DNA of 64,000 nucleotides from Escherichia phage MN05. A program made the translations under genes and the position numbers. The stretch lies in the sequence record NC_070987.1; one strand, given 5' to 3'. Positions 9,604-21,167 of the stretch are shown one piece after another. Each line of letters starts with the position of its first letter. Position 1 is the stretch's first letter. A model generated the notes under the pieces. The model saw only the letters and a program-made list of their open reading frames with translations, did no database searches and was not told the DNA's origin.

Positions 9604-12600
9604 ATGGCTAACATTAAACCGTGGGAAGAAGCTTCCAAAGCTCCTGCGTATCTGAATGCCTCTCCAGAGCGTCAAGCTCAAATGAGAGAACAATATAAGG
9701 CAGCAGGTGGCTCTATTCCTGAGGAACAACCAGTAGCACAACCACAACAAGAAGAACGTGGTGCTGTAGGTGAGTTTGCTCAAGGTGTGTCAAATGCTCT
9801 TCAGTCCGGCAGTGCTAATATCTCTGCTAACCTCTCTAGAGGTATTGGCGGTTTAGTTGAGATTGGTGAAGACCTAGTTGGAGCACAAACCGGCTATGGT
9901 AAACGTATGCAAGAGAACGCCCAGAACCTTCTTAAAGAACGTATGGATAAGATCGAGGACGGGATTGGTAAATCTGCTGGTCAGTATGCTGGGGTGGTTG
10001 CCGATATTGGTTTGACAGTTGCTAACCCGCTAGCTGCCGCTGCTATCATCGCAGGTCGTGAGACAGGTCGTGCATATGCAGACCAAACCCCTAAAGAGGG
10101 AGAAGACAAATCCGTTCTGGATGCAGCCTTAGTTGGTGGAGCTAACTATGCAGCTCAGAGAATTCTTCCGGGTGCTGTTGGTACAGCTAAGTCCACACTT
10201 GGTCGTATCGGTCAGAACGTTGCTAGTAACGCAGTGGCTGGTGCTAAGGGTGGTGCTATTGTTGGTGCTGCTGAAGCTCAAAACAAATATGGGGATGATA
10301 ACAATCTAGCTAGGACATTAGAAGGTGTTATCGAAGAAGGGGGCATGGGTGCTGCATTCGGTGGTGCAGTTGGTGGTGTTCATGGCTTAATTAGCCGTCC
10401 AGATTCTGCTGTATTCAAGAATACTCCAGAGTATGCAAAGACTGACATTGCTGCTGACGATGAATTAATTCGTAGTGCTAAGAATATTGATGAACTGAAA
10501 GAAGCCTACTCTAAAGCTGAAAATGCTAACGCTGCTTCTGCTCTTAATCTTCTGGATGAGAATGGATTCCGTATCACGGATGCTGTTGCTTTAGATTCTC
10601 CTGCTGCCCAGCGTATTCTTAATACAGACCAAGCTAGTGCCGAGAAAGCTGCTTCTGCTCAGAAAGAGCATTCTAATATTCCGGGTCTTAATCCTTTGGC
10701 TGCTCCTGCTAAAACTCGTGGTAAAGCATTCGCTGATAACGAGCACAACCAGAAGAAAGCTGTCGCTATGAAAGATGCAATGGCTGACTACACCAAGGAT
10801 AACACGAAAGCTCTTACAGATGTTCTAGATAACCTAGATCGTGAATTAACCTCTCTCCGAGCTGCTGATGATTTTACTGGAAGTCCACTTGATGCCAAAA
10901 ATCGTTCACAAGCTGACCGGGACTTCGTTGATGCTTACAAGACTTTCTATAATGAAGCAAACCGATTTAAAGCTCGTGATGGTGAAGATTTTAATAACTT
11001 TGTAGAGAAAGCTACTGAGCTACAGAAGATGGCTGATAATGTTTCTCCAGAGATGAAAAAAGCTATCGGTGGATTGAAGAAACTGAAAGGTATGCCTGAA
11101 GGTTTTAATCCTATCCAAGATGCTTACACTCTGAACAATACAGCTAAGTTCATGAGCAACCAAGATCGTGGTTGGACTTCTCTGACTGATGATGGCTTCC
11201 GTGAAGCTTCTTCTCCTAGTCTGGTTATGAATACACTTGGTGCTGCTAAGTATGCTTTGAATCGCTTCTCTTCTCAGCGTGCCCGCTCTCAACGTGTTAA
11301 GCAACAAGAATCTAACAGTGAAGCTATTCGCTCTCTGGCTCGTGGTGATTTGGAAGTTGCTCGTGCTAAGTCTACTGCTGACGAAGCTCGTGCTAAAATG
11401 GAAGAAGAACCAGTTGTTGATGACATTAAATTTAAGACGCAAAATGACGTGGAAAACGAACCGGTTCGGGATCCTTCTTCTAGTACTGTGACGGAAGAAA
11501 ATCTTCCTTCTTCTGCTCCTCAAGAAGCTCCTCTTACAGCTCGTGATTTGGTTGCGCAAAGACGTGCTATCCGTCAGGCTGAACAGCGTCGTGCTGAAGA
11601 AGAATCAGCTGCTGCTCAAGAAGCTCCGGTTGAACAGGCTCCGAAGGCTGAACCACTCCCTGCTCGTAATCCTTTAGAGGAACGTCGTGCCATGGAACAG
11701 CAACGTGCTCAAGAAGAGGCCGCACAGGCTCCAGAACCAACCGTAGAGGAACCAACAGTCAAATCTGAGCCGTTACCTACCCGTGCTCCTAAAGCTCCTG
11801 AGGAAGCTGTACAGGACGTTAAACCGGCAAGTGGTGTAGAACGTTTAGCTGCTATGTCTAGTACTGCTCGTCAGGCTACTATAGATCGTGCAGAACGTTT
11901 TGCTCGTTCTTTGTACTCTAAGACTGCTAAGGCTAAGGCCACTGCTGAAAACTTCTTGGCTTACAAGGGAAGTTATAGGGAGTTGATGCGTCGGATTCGT
12001 CAGGAAGATAATGCTATCAACACTGAACGTCATGAAGAGATGGCTCGTAATCAGAGAGCTACTCAGAAAGGTATTGCTACTGCTAAGAACAACGCTGTAC
12101 GATCTGAGTTTGCTGAATGGGTTAAAGAACGTGGTCTGCCAGAAGATATTGCTACTAAGGCATTACGTGCTGAAGAGAGCGGTTTAGGTGGGAACGTAAC
12201 TAACTTGGAAAGCCTGAAACGCAGATCTGAAAGATTGTACCAGAAGCAACGTGAGGCTGAGTTTGATAGGTTGTATCAAGAAGCTCTGGAAGAGAACAAA
12301 GCTTTCGATAAGAAGGATGCTCCTAAACTGGTTGACCAGAAGAAAGAGCTTCAGTCTGAGATTGATACTTTGATTGATTCTGAACCTTTACGTCCTGCTC
12401 AGAAAGATGCTATGCGTAGGCTGATGAATGACTTTGTAGATGGGAAGTTTAAATCTTCAGAGAAAGCTGGTAGGGAAGAGGCTTTGGAAGTTGGTCAGAT
12501 GAAGGATATTTGGGATGGGTTTATTAACACCTATAACAGAGAAGTGAATGCCTTCAACAAAGCTAACAAGAACTCTCAATACGAAGCTGCTGCTAAACAC

Positions 12601-14025
12601 TTGCAGGCTCGTGAAGAACGTCTTGCTACTCTGAGAAATAAAGCTCAGGCTCGTTCAGATGCTAAAGCTGCTGTTGAAAATGAACGTAAAACTCTAGAGG
12701 CTATTGCAGCTCAGAAGAGTGAGATTGAGAAGATGATGGAAGGTTTACCTAAACCTGTTCGTGAGGCTCAGGAATCTCGTACATTGAAACAGTTGGCTGC
12801 TCACCACGATAAGAACTCTCCAGTTCCTCCAGAGAAGTTCCGTAGTTACATTGAACGTATCCATAACGCCGAGTCAGATTACCTTGATCGTCAGCGTCGT
12901 TTAACTGATGCAGAGGAAGATGCTCGTCAGGCCAAGTGGAACAGGATGTATGAGCAAGCGGAAGAGATGGACCGTAAGTTTGATATAGACAAAAGAGTTA
13001 AGCGCAGTGAAGAGCTTAAAGCGGCTCAGAAGCGTGAGAATGACCTTATGGCAGTACAACGTCAACGTGACGACATTCATCGTCGCCTGATGCATACTAT
13101 GGAAGATAAAGGCATATCTAAAGAGGATGCTGAAGCATTTGCTGGTTCCTACATGGATAACCGTTATGCACTTCTTGATAAACCTATGACTCCTACTGAA
13201 CATCAGAATGCTCGTTCTCGTATCGAAGCTGATGTTGAGAAGTTTGCTAAGAAGTACGAATCAATGACTCCTATTGAGAAAGAGATTGTTAAGATTACTG
13301 GAGATACTGAAGGTAAACTTGATAATTTGGATGCGGATACTAGGAAGGCTGTTGAGGAGGCTCAGAAGGTTGACTCTGATATCAAGAAACTGCAAGAGGA
13401 AGAGTTGGAGATGGAGAAGATTCGTTCTGCTCTGCCTGATGATGAAAAATCTCAAGCAAATTCTGATATCTTGGAAAGCATTAAACAACAAGAAGAGGTC
13501 TTTGCTGATAAAGTAGAGAAAGCTTTCTTGAGTGGGAAGAGCTTGGATGAGTTGGCTAGTGTGGCTGAAGTTTTAGACAGGGTTCATGGTGCAGATAAGG
13601 CTGGTAACAACCGTCGCTTTGTACGTGCATTGCAGACTGCTGCTGAAAACAAGAAGAAGTATGGTGATAATCCAGTAGCTTGGTTTAGTGCTGATGATTA
13701 CTCTGCCATTGCTAAACTTGGTGCTTCTTCCGCAGGTGGTAACAAATCCAGAGCACTGGAGAAGATCTTTGGTTCTACAGCTGAACAGGCTAAGAGTAAG
13801 TTGCTTGGTAGGGATGATGTAGCGAAGATGAGACGTGTAATTGAAGAGAACCCTGATGTTAAGATTCCTTCTTACAAGACAACGAATCGTACTGAGTACT
13901 TGAAGTTCTTGGAGAAGTTTAATGACGAAGGGAAGCCGAAGATTAAACGTGGCTCATTGTCAGAGAAGCTTGAACGCAGTAAGCGTCAATCAAGACTCCG
14001 TGTAAGAGTTCGACCTAAGGAGTGA
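9604..14025 (+). CDS. Large internal virion / ejection protein (tape-measure-like, 1474 aa)
   Basis: Track ORF 9559..14025 trimmed to ATG 9604 with SD AAAGGAGA; Ala/Gly-rich N-terminal region then long charged helical region. Confidence 0.55.
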   Translation: MANIKPWEEASKAPAYLNASPERQAQMREQYKAAGGSIPEEQPVAQPQQEERGAVGEFAQGVSNALQSGSANISANLSRGIGGLVEIGEDLVGAQTGYGKRMQENAQNLLKERMDKIEDGIGKSAGQYAGVVADIGLTVANPLAAAAIIAGRETGRAYADQTPKEGEDKSVLDAALVGGANYAAQRILPGAVGTAKSTLGRIGQNVASNAVAGAKGGAIVGAAEAQNKYGDDNNLARTLEGVIEEGGMGAAFGGAVGGVHGLISRPDSAVFKNTPEYAKTDIAADDELIRSAKNIDELKEAYSKAENANAASALNLLDENGFRITDAVALDSPAAQRILNTDQASAEKAASAQKEHSNIPGLNPLAAPAKTRGKAFADNEHNQKKAVAMKDAMADYTKDNTKALTDVLDNLDRELTSLRAADDFTGSPLDAKNRSQADRDFVDAYKTFYNEANRFKARDGEDFNNFVEKATELQKMADNVSPEMKKAIGGLKKLKGMPEGFNPIQDAYTLNNTAKFMSNQDRGWTSLTDDGFREASSPSLVMNTLGAAKYALNRFSSQRARSQRVKQQESNSEAIRSLARGDLEVARAKSTADEARAKMEEEPVVDDIKFKTQNDVENEPVRDPSSSTVTEENLPSSAPQEAPLTARDLVAQRRAIRQAEQRRAEEESAAAQEAPVEQAPKAEPLPARNPLEERRAMEQQRAQEEAAQAPEPTVEEPTVKSEPLPTRAPKAPEEAVQDVKPASGVERLAAMSSTARQATIDRAERFARSLYSKTAKAKATAENFLAYKGSYRELMRRIRQEDNAINTERHEEMARNQRATQKGIATAKNNAVRSEFAEWVKERGLPEDIATKALRAEESGLGGNVTNLESLKRRSERLYQKQREAEFDRLYQEALEENKAFDKKDAPKLVDQKKELQSEIDTLIDSEPLRPAQKDAMRRLMNDFVDGKFKSSEKAGREEALEVGQMKDIWDGFINTYNREVNAFNKANKNSQYEAAAKHLQAREERLATLRNKAQARSDAKAAVENERKTLEAIAAQKSEIEKMMEGLPKPVREAQESRTLKQLAAHHDKNSPVPPEKFRSYIERIHNAESDYLDRQRRLTDAEEDARQAKWNRMYEQAEEMDRKFDIDKRVKRSEELKAAQKRENDLMAVQRQRDDIHRRLMHTMEDKGISKEDAEAFAGSYMDNRYALLDKPMTPTEHQNARSRIEADVEKFAKKYESMTPIEKEIVKITGDTEGKLDNLDADTRKAVEEAQKVDSDIKKLQEEELEMEKIRSALPDDEKSQANSDILESIKQQEEVFADKVEKAFLSGKSLDELASVAEVLDRVHGADKAGNNRRFVRALQTAAENKKKYGDNPVAWFSADDYSAIAKLGASSAGGNKSRALEKIFGSTAEQAKSKLLGRDDVAKMRRVIEENPDVKIPSYKTTNRTEYLKFLEKFNDEGKPKIKRGSLSEKLERSKRQSRLRVRVRPKE

Positions 14026-14034
14026 TAAAAGAAA

Positions 14035-14068
14035 AGCCCCAACCGAAAGGAAGGGGCTTTATTTGTTT
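14035..14068. terminator. Bidirectional rho-independent terminator between convergent gene blocks
   Basis: AGCCCC...GGGGCT stem flanked by an A-run on one side and a T-run on the other; plus-strand structural block ends here and the minus-strand block ends opposite. Confidence 0.5.
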
Positions 14069-14384
14069 CTAAGTTTTAAAAACCATCAAATTCGTCATAC
14101 ATCCCAATTCTCTTCAGAAGTCTGGATGTTCATCTTCAAAGCATCCTGAGATGCCTCCGTAGAACCAATCTGATTTATTGCCAAGAATGACAACTTCTTC
14201 ATTCATATACCCTCCTAGATTGTGTTTATAAAATTAGTAAGTTTCTCTTCACTTTCATCAAAAGCTTTTCCAGCTGCTTCCATCTCCCAAGTATCGGCAT
14301 TGTCAATAAAGCTCTGAGCTTCTAATAGGTCGTGGATTAAGTCAAAGAGTTTATTTTTATCTGCTTGTGTGATCATTTCAGTTC

Positions 14385-14612
14385 CTAGATTAAATCGTAA
14401 TACTGAATAATGTCCGAGAGCTTGAACTCTCGAACCTCATCTTTCTCTACATCAATTGCTGTCATAATCCAACAAGGTTTGCCACCGTTATGAAAACGGG
14501 AGCTAGCAACGGAGGTTCGGAGTGGAATAACGGACCGGTCAGCAACCTCGCCTCTCCAATTGCGATAGCGAAAGCGAAGTACTTGTTGCGTAGATTTTTG
14601 ATCATCACTCAT
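14385..14612 (-). CDS. Hypothetical protein (75 aa)
   Basis: Track ORF 14385..14753 trimmed to ATG 14612, which overlaps the HNH stop by 8 nt; the longer N-terminus would run inside the HNH gene. Confidence 0.4.
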   Translation of the reverse strand: MSDDQKSTQQVLRFRYRNWRGEVADRSVIPLRTSVASSRFHNGGKPCWIMTAIDVEKDEVREFKLSDIIQYYDLI

Positions 14613-15006
14613 TTCCTTTTTTGAATTGTTTTCTTGCATCATTCTCTTCTTTTGTTTTAATCTTATGACAAGGGTCTTTACACAGAACCTGAAAACCTTC
14701 TTTCTCACACAGAGCACGAGAGATGATCTCATCCCAAGTTGCTTCGTGGTCAATAGGAACTATAGGCTCTATGTGGTCAATAGCCATATCCTTTACAGGG
14801 TGGTCAGAACCACACATGGCACACTTAAAGTGCATTGCCAGTCTTCCTGTCTTTGGATTAATCTTCTGCTCTGTCTTGGCGTCTGCTAGTGCATCGAACA
14901 TGGGCTTCCACTTTCTAGTCAGAGAACGAATCCCTGACTTGATGAAAGAGTTGTAACGAGCTTCAGTCCACATTCCACTACAACGAGTCTTCTCAGACTT
15001 CGCCAT
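14605..15006 (-). CDS. HNH endonuclease
   Basis: CxxC...DHIxP...CxxxCH zinc-HNH motif. Confidence 0.6.
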   Translation of the reverse strand: MAKSEKTRCSGMWTEARYNSFIKSGIRSLTRKWKPMFDALADAKTEQKINPKTGRLAMHFKCAMCGSDHPVKDMAIDHIEPIVPIDHEATWDEIISRALCEKEGFQVLCKDPCHKIKTKEENDARKQFKKGNE

Positions 15007-15172
15007 AATCAGCTTCTTCCCAAACTCGTTTGTTTACACGATGGCTCACTTTGCCCTCACGAGGAATACGACCAGTTCGCTGATCAAACAGTTGGTGTTT
15101 AATCTTTTGGTCTTTACGAGATTCACGATTGGAGGAGTTTTCATCATATGAACGATAATCAAATTTACCCAT
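14993..15172 (-). CDS. Hypothetical basic protein (59 aa, below the track cutoff)
   Basis: ATG with SD AAGGA 8 nt upstream; its stop overlaps the HNH start. Confidence 0.4.
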   Translation of the reverse strand: MGKFDYRSYDENSSNRESRKDQKIKHQLFDQRTGRIPREGKVSHRVNKRVWEEADYGEV

Positions 15173-15185
15173 TATAATATCCTTA

Positions 15186-16004
15186 TTACCAAGATTTATC
15201 TAACCATGTCCAGTCGAACAGGTCTTCCGGAGTCTGACCAACAAAGAGCAGCCGAGCATTCTCAAGCATCTTCTCTTCATCTTCAGTATCGAACTTCTTA
15301 TAATATTCCATTCGTACTATATGATACATGGTCCACTTATCTGTAACACCAGCCAACAGTTTAGCTGCTGCTTTCTTCCCTATTCCTTGACGTCGAAGCT
15401 GGAACTTACCACCCCACATAACTTCTTTACGTTCTCCGCATCCGGGGATATTATCTGTACCGTCTCCAACCAGCATCTGATAGAAGAAATTTTGCCATGA
15501 AACTAAATCAGACACGTAGTGAGGGGGAACCTCTTTCTGTCTTTCTCCACAAGCCCAACGATAATGCCATCCGGGAGTTATCAACAAATCTTTGTCTCTA
15601 GTACAGATGATAGTGTTCTTATCTCTGCGTTGCCTTTCAGCTAGTGCATCATCAGCCTCTCTCCCAAATACGTCTATGTATTCATATTTATCTTTAATAT
15701 AATCACCAACGTTTTGCCAATGAAAAGGTCTTTCTCCGGGAGGTCTATTTGCTTTGTAGTCTTGCTGCTTAGCAACATCGAAACGGAAGTTACCACCTTC
15801 ACTGAAGTAGAATACAACCTTACTACAACCTGAGCGAGCTATGATTGTATCAATCTTGTACTGAAGTCGTTCAATCATGAAATTGTAATCAACTGGAACA
15901 CGTCCTGTGTCAAGAAAGGGATGCTCCTGAGTAAGAGCACCCACTTCATATCGAAGAACGTCAGCATCCACTATAGCTACCTCAGGGAGCTTAACGTCTT
16001 CCAT
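15186..16004 (-). CDS. 5'-3' exonuclease / flap endonuclease (T7 gp6 / FEN-like)
   Basis: GDGTDNIPG motif and acidic clusters typical of the 5' nuclease family; SD AGGAGA. Confidence 0.65.
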   Translation of the reverse strand: MEDVKLPEVAIVDADVLRYEVGALTQEHPFLDTGRVPVDYNFMIERLQYKIDTIIARSGCSKVVFYFSEGGNFRFDVAKQQDYKANRPPGERPFHWQNVGDYIKDKYEYIDVFGREADDALAERQRRDKNTIICTRDKDLLITPGWHYRWACGERQKEVPPHYVSDLVSWQNFFYQMLVGDGTDNIPGCGERKEVMWGGKFQLRRQGIGKKAAAKLLAGVTDKWTMYHIVRMEYYKKFDTEDEEKMLENARLLFVGQTPEDLFDWTWLDKSW

Positions 16005-16005
16005 A

Positions 16006-16532
16006 TTATTCTCCTAACAGCTTACGAATTTCACTACGGAAATTATCATACTCTTCAGGGTATTCAAATCCACACTCAAGAAGAGCGTAGTGAACAACCT
16101 TCAACAAATCCTGAGCCTTATTCTTATCCTTGTGTCGATAAGCATATTTGATCATGTTGGTTTGTTGGAAGTTCAACTGAGGGTTTGCATGGTAAAACTC
16201 AACAGGTTGAATGATTTTAGATTCAGGGTTATAATGTGCACCACCAACCATAGTGTCTAAAGCTGGACTCCTTTTGCTGGCTTGTTCAGTTGTAGCTTTA
16301 AAGCTGGCTACAGGAACAGAAGAATAAATTGGATACGCTTCACCTACTGGTGGTTTTACTATCAATCTTTTCATTGCAAATCGAATTTCTGTATCAGCAG
16401 AACATGAAGAGATCTCTTCAACAGTTTTACGATAACTGTCAATAACTGCACGTAGCATAGAGACTGTCTTAGTCTTCTCTTTTAATTTCTCTGTTAGTAC
16501 AATAACTTCGGCTTTTTTGGATTCAAACTCGT

Positions 16533-16542
<10 letters not shown>
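16006..16542 (-). CDS. Hypothetical protein
   Basis: Track ORF in the co-directional packed block. Confidence 0.45.
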
Positions 16543-17826
<1,284 letters not shown>

Positions 17827-18074
17827 AATGCATCTCTTTATAAATAGTTTCCGTGTTCTTCTTCCAGTTAGATAAACCGGTAAGAACCCTCTGAGCAACT
17901 TCATCAGCTGCCCTACTTCTTTCAATCTCTAGCTCTTGCTGGTGCTTCTCTTTGTCCAGATTACTGCTGTCTGTTTGATATTCGTTAAACTTCATACCAC
18001 CAAAGAATACAAGAGCTGAGAAAACGATAAACCCTAAGTTATCACTTAATGTGTTTTGCATATTGTCTCCAACG

Positions 18075-18096
18075 AAAAAAGCCACCCGGAGGTGGC
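18075..18096 (-). terminator. Rho-independent terminator (minus strand)
   Basis: GCCACC-CGGA-GGTGGC perfect hairpin followed on the minus strand by TTTTTT. Confidence 0.55.
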
Positions 18097-18118
18097 TAAG
18101 CTATAACAAGGAGAGTTA

Positions 18119-18865
18119 TCAGAATGGGCTATCGTTGTCGTCTTCGTAAGTAGAAGCAGGCTCTTTATCAATCGTAGGGATTGAAGGAGTAGCTTCTTTC
18201 TGCTCTGTTTCAGAAGCACGAGTAATTTCACGACCAGCCAGAGGCATGTTCTTAGCGTCATTAGCTTGAGTAAGCAGGTTGCGCTGGAACGGGAACATCA
18301 GTTGATAGGATGCTACGTTCTCATCGGTTTCAGCATACGGTTCGAAGAATACCAGAGGACTACGAGCTTCGCCAACTGCTGCACGATATTTGGTTGGGAT
18401 TGGAGAAATGGTCTTGATGGAGTTTTTAACTTCACCAGCTTTGTTAGTGTAAGAGTTAACCAGAATGTTAACAGGCTGACCTAACAGAACATCCTTGAAC
18501 CAAGACAGATCACCTTTCAGTGCTTGAATACTTGGGTCAATCATCTTGCAAAGATCAAGAATACCAGAGTTCTTAGCTCGTGGGTTTACATCATAGCTCT
18601 TGAACTGGCAAGCAGGACGTGGTTCTAATGCCTTACCATCGGAATCTTTACCAGTAGCATCAACACCAATCAGCTCGAAAGCCAAATCCATACGGAAAGC
18701 TGGATTCTTAGGAGTTACTGCTTTGGTCTTCGGGTCAATCCAAGGGTCACGATTGTGAACACCCAAACCTACTACACGAACGATACGTGCTTCGTATTCA
18801 CCATCAGGGATGATGTCGTAGTTGGATTTACGGGAAGAAGTTGCGATAGTTGGAATCATAGACAT
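18119..18865 (-). CDS. Putative ssDNA-binding protein (acidic C-terminal tail ending DSPF)
   Basis: Acidic C-terminus ending in Phe as in E. coli SSB and T7 gp2.5; position in the replication block. Confidence 0.4.
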   Translation of the reverse strand: MSMIPTIATSSRKSNYDIIPDGEYEARIVRVVGLGVHNRDPWIDPKTKAVTPKNPAFRMDLAFELIGVDATGKDSDGKALEPRPACQFKSYDVNPRAKNSGILDLCKMIDPSIQALKGDLSWFKDVLLGQPVNILVNSYTNKAGEVKNSIKTISPIPTKYRAAVGEARSPLVFFEPYAETDENVASYQLMFPFQRNLLTQANDAKNMPLAGREITRASETEQKEATPSIPTIDKEPASTYEDDNDSPF

Positions 18866-18925
18866 ATTTTAATTTCCTTATTTAATTTTGAAAGATTGTT
18901 GCTCTCTTTGAGCGGTTATGTATAA

Positions 18926-18934
18926 TATACATTA
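18926..18934 (-). promoter_or_regulatory. TAATGTATA motif (candidate phage-sigma promoter element), minus orientation
   Basis: Exact 9-mer about 60 nt upstream of the SSB-like gene start. Confidence 0.3.
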
Positions 18935-18986
18935 TAACTTTTGTAAGATAAGTATCATTTTATTGGTAGTAGATACTCACTAATGA

Positions 18987-18995
18987 TAATGTATA
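18987..18995 (+). promoter_or_regulatory. TAATGTATA motif, plus orientation, facing a 330-bp region with no plus-strand ORF
   Basis: Exact 9-mer divergent from the 18926 copy. Confidence 0.3.
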
Positions 18996-19299
18996 TAAGG
19001 TAGAGTTAGAGAATAACTCTTGCACGGGACTGACGACGATAAGGCGCAGACGACAATCTCTCATAAGTTTGTAAGAAATTGAGAGACTACCGGAAGGGCA
19101 GGAGCCACCTGCGAGATAAAAATAGAGAATTAAGGAATCCTTGATTTAGGTTGTAGGGACTCCTAGGGACTTTGATTCTCTATTTAAAAGAATATTAATT
19201 ACTTACTACCTAAATAATTAACTAGCTTACTTAAACCAAATTCAAGAATAATAGATAAAAAGATTATTCCTAAGAAAGCTAAGAAGTAAAGGATATAAG

Positions 19300-19464
19300 T
19301 TACCATTCAAGTAAACCTTTAAAATTAGATTTTTCTACTATCCTCTGATAATGAAGATTAGAATCAGCTTGTTTCTTTAACATCTCATTATATCTATCTC
19401 TGATAGAGTCTTTATAAACTACAGGTTCTTTAAATAATGAGATCTTGTTCTTTTCTTCTTTCAT
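19300..19464 (-). CDS. Hypothetical protein (54 aa)
   Basis: Track ORF 19300..19545 trimmed to ATG 19464 with SD AGGAAGG. Confidence 0.4.
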   Translation of the reverse strand: MKEEKNKISLFKEPVVYKDSIRDRYNEMLKKQADSNLHYQRIVEKSNFKGLLEW

Positions 19465-19933
19465 CGAAAACCTTCCTAATCTCTTGCAGAGAAACAGCTT
19501 TATAATTAATTTGCTCCATTGATGTACAGAAATATCTCCAATCATTAATTACATGGTTATGAGTATGAGCATAAATATTAAACTTCCCTCTCATCTCATC
19601 AGTGTGAATAGGAATATGAGTTACCCAAAACTCTTTATATTTATAATCACCAGAGATTCTACGGAAGACTTTCATCATATCAGGGAGAAGTTCTAACCTG
19701 TCATGGTTCCCTAAGACTAGATGCTTCTCTCCTCTAACTTCAGCGATGATATCAAGGGCATACTTTTCAAACACCCAATCACCGGTAAAGAAAACTTTAT
19801 CACGTTTGGTTACGTGGTCAAAAGCAGCCAGAATTGCTTTGTCATGCTCTTCAATGTTTTTAAATTGCTTACGAAAACTACAGATGTTGCGATGGCCTAA
19901 GTGACCATCTCCTGCAAAATAAACTTCAGCCAT
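19430..19933 (-). CDS. Metallophosphoesterase (calcineurin-like phosphatase)
   Basis: GDGHLGH...GDWV...GNHD...H.H motif series. Confidence 0.65.
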   Translation of the reverse strand: MAEVYFAGDGHLGHRNICSFRKQFKNIEEHDKAILAAFDHVTKRDKVFFTGDWVFEKYALDIIAEVRGEKHLVLGNHDRLELLPDMMKVFRRISGDYKYKEFWVTHIPIHTDEMRGKFNIYAHTHNHVINDWRYFCTSMEQINYKAVSLQEIRKVFDERRKEQDLII

Positions 19934-19942
19934 AAAGACCTC

Positions 19943-20158
19943 TTAAATCAAGCATCCATCACAGGTTAAGTCACCTAATAGGGACAGGGAGAGTAATCTG
20001 GATTGTTCATCGCTGTACAGTTGATCAATCTCTTCTTTAAGTTTTGCCAATTCCATAAAATTAATAAGCTGTCCATGTTCTAGACAGTCTGTTTTCAATA
20101 TGAATAAAACATCAGCGTCTTTTGAATCTTCACTTGAGTATTTATCAATGTATTCCAT
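19943..20158 (-). CDS. Hypothetical protein
   Basis: Track ORF in the packed block. Confidence 0.4.
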   Translation of the reverse strand: MEYIDKYSSEDSKDADVLFILKTDCLEHGQLINFMELAKLKEEIDQLYSDEQSRLLSLSLLGDLTCDGCLI

Positions 20159-20160
20159 TT

Positions 20161-20382
20161 TTATGCCACATCTCCTTGTTTGTTGTTAATAACATCCAGT
20201 GCTGTATAAGCTTTACCTGTTCCTAGATATTCTAGAACTGGAGGATTCTTCTTTTCTTCAGCGACTACATAAGGTGTGATCTTTCCTTTCAGTACAGCCT
20301 GAGATGCTTTAGCACTGTCTTCAGAGGTATGAATAGTGGTAAGCTCTTTCTTTCCAATCTTATAAGTGTGAATCCAAATCAT
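20161..20382 (-). CDS. Hypothetical protein
   Basis: Track ORF in the packed block. Confidence 0.4.
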   Translation of the reverse strand: MIWIHTYKIGKKELTTIHTSEDSAKASQAVLKGKITPYVVAEEKKNPPVLEYLGTGKAYTALDVINNKQGDVA

Positions 20383-20546
20383 ACTTCTTCCTTATATTCC
20401 CAATTTCTTTCATAATATCCAGAGTTATAGTTTAGGGCGCACTTCTCGGCCTCTTCTATGTCGTCAGTGTTTAGGATATTTACCCACCCTCCAGTCTCAT
20501 CAAAACCTTCTTCTTCCTCATTAATCCATACACTGTATTTCTTCAT
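20379..20546 (-). CDS. Hypothetical acidic protein (55 aa, below the track cutoff)
   Basis: ATGA-type overlap with the upstream stop and TGA overlapping the next start. Confidence 0.35.
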   Translation of the reverse strand: MKKYSVWINEEEEGFDETGGWVNILNTDDIEEAEKCALNYNSGYYERNWEYKEEV

Positions 20547-20953
20547 CGAATCACCAAAGGCTCTTCAGAGTACACAGGAGCGGCTATTTCTACAGGAGGT
20601 GCTGCCCTAAGGTCATTAAGTCTTACGCCCTTCAGCATACCATCTAGGTGGTCCTTTTTGGGGATTCCAACAGGGAAGTCATCAATCCAGATATCTACAA
20701 AGAAACCTAGCTGTCGACAGACCTCATCCTTCTGCACACCGTTGCAAAAGATGATAGGAATTTGCAAACACTCTGCATCAATCTTAATGTCGTGGTTATC
20801 GTACCCATTAGGCTCTGCAAAGCGATAAGTTACAAAACGTACATCATAACCTTTCGCTTGCATTAATGTCACCACAGAGCGCCACAGCTCCTTATCTGAG
20901 GTGTAAGTGTCATCATAATCTAAACCAATATTCATGTCAAGTCCTTTAGACAA
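20543..20953 (-). CDS. HAD-like phosphatase (tentative)
   Basis: N-terminal LDYDDT fits the DxDxT HAD motif I; otherwise unrecognised. Confidence 0.3.
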   Translation of the reverse strand: MSKGLDMNIGLDYDDTYTSDKELWRSVVTLMQAKGYDVRFVTYRFAEPNGYDNHDIKIDAECLQIPIIFCNGVQKDEVCRQLGFFVDIWIDDFPVGIPKKDHLDGMLKGVRLNDLRAAPPVEIAAPVYSEEPLVIR

Positions 20954-20981
20954 GAAAAGCCGCCCTAAGGCAGCTTTTTAT

Positions 20982-21158
20982 TTAACTATTCACTTTAGCT
21001 TCAAGTGCTTCATTTTCGATACTCAAGTCAATCACTACACCAGTAAGCTCAACGACTGCTTGGCGAAGGGCATCTTTACCCATAGAGTGTACTTGAGATA
21101 AGAAGAAAGCTTTACCTTCTTCAGTGGATAGGGTTTCTTTTAATTCAGAAGCAGTCAT
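20982..21158 (-). CDS. Hypothetical protein (58 aa, below the track cutoff)
   Basis: ATG with SD AAGGA 9 nt after the upstream stop. Confidence 0.35.
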   Translation of the reverse strand: MTASELKETLSTEEGKAFFLSQVHSMGKDALRQAVVELTGVVIDLSIENEALEAKVNS

Positions 21159-21167
21159 TGATATTCC

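Noticed and set aside
11020-11559. 179-aa minus-strand ORF, and similar ones (11567..11755, 12901..13203, 13261..13491), inside the 1474-aa gene
   Set aside because: Antisense to a long, well-supported plus-strand ORF; low-complexity Arg/Ser/Leu-rich translation typical of antisense frames.
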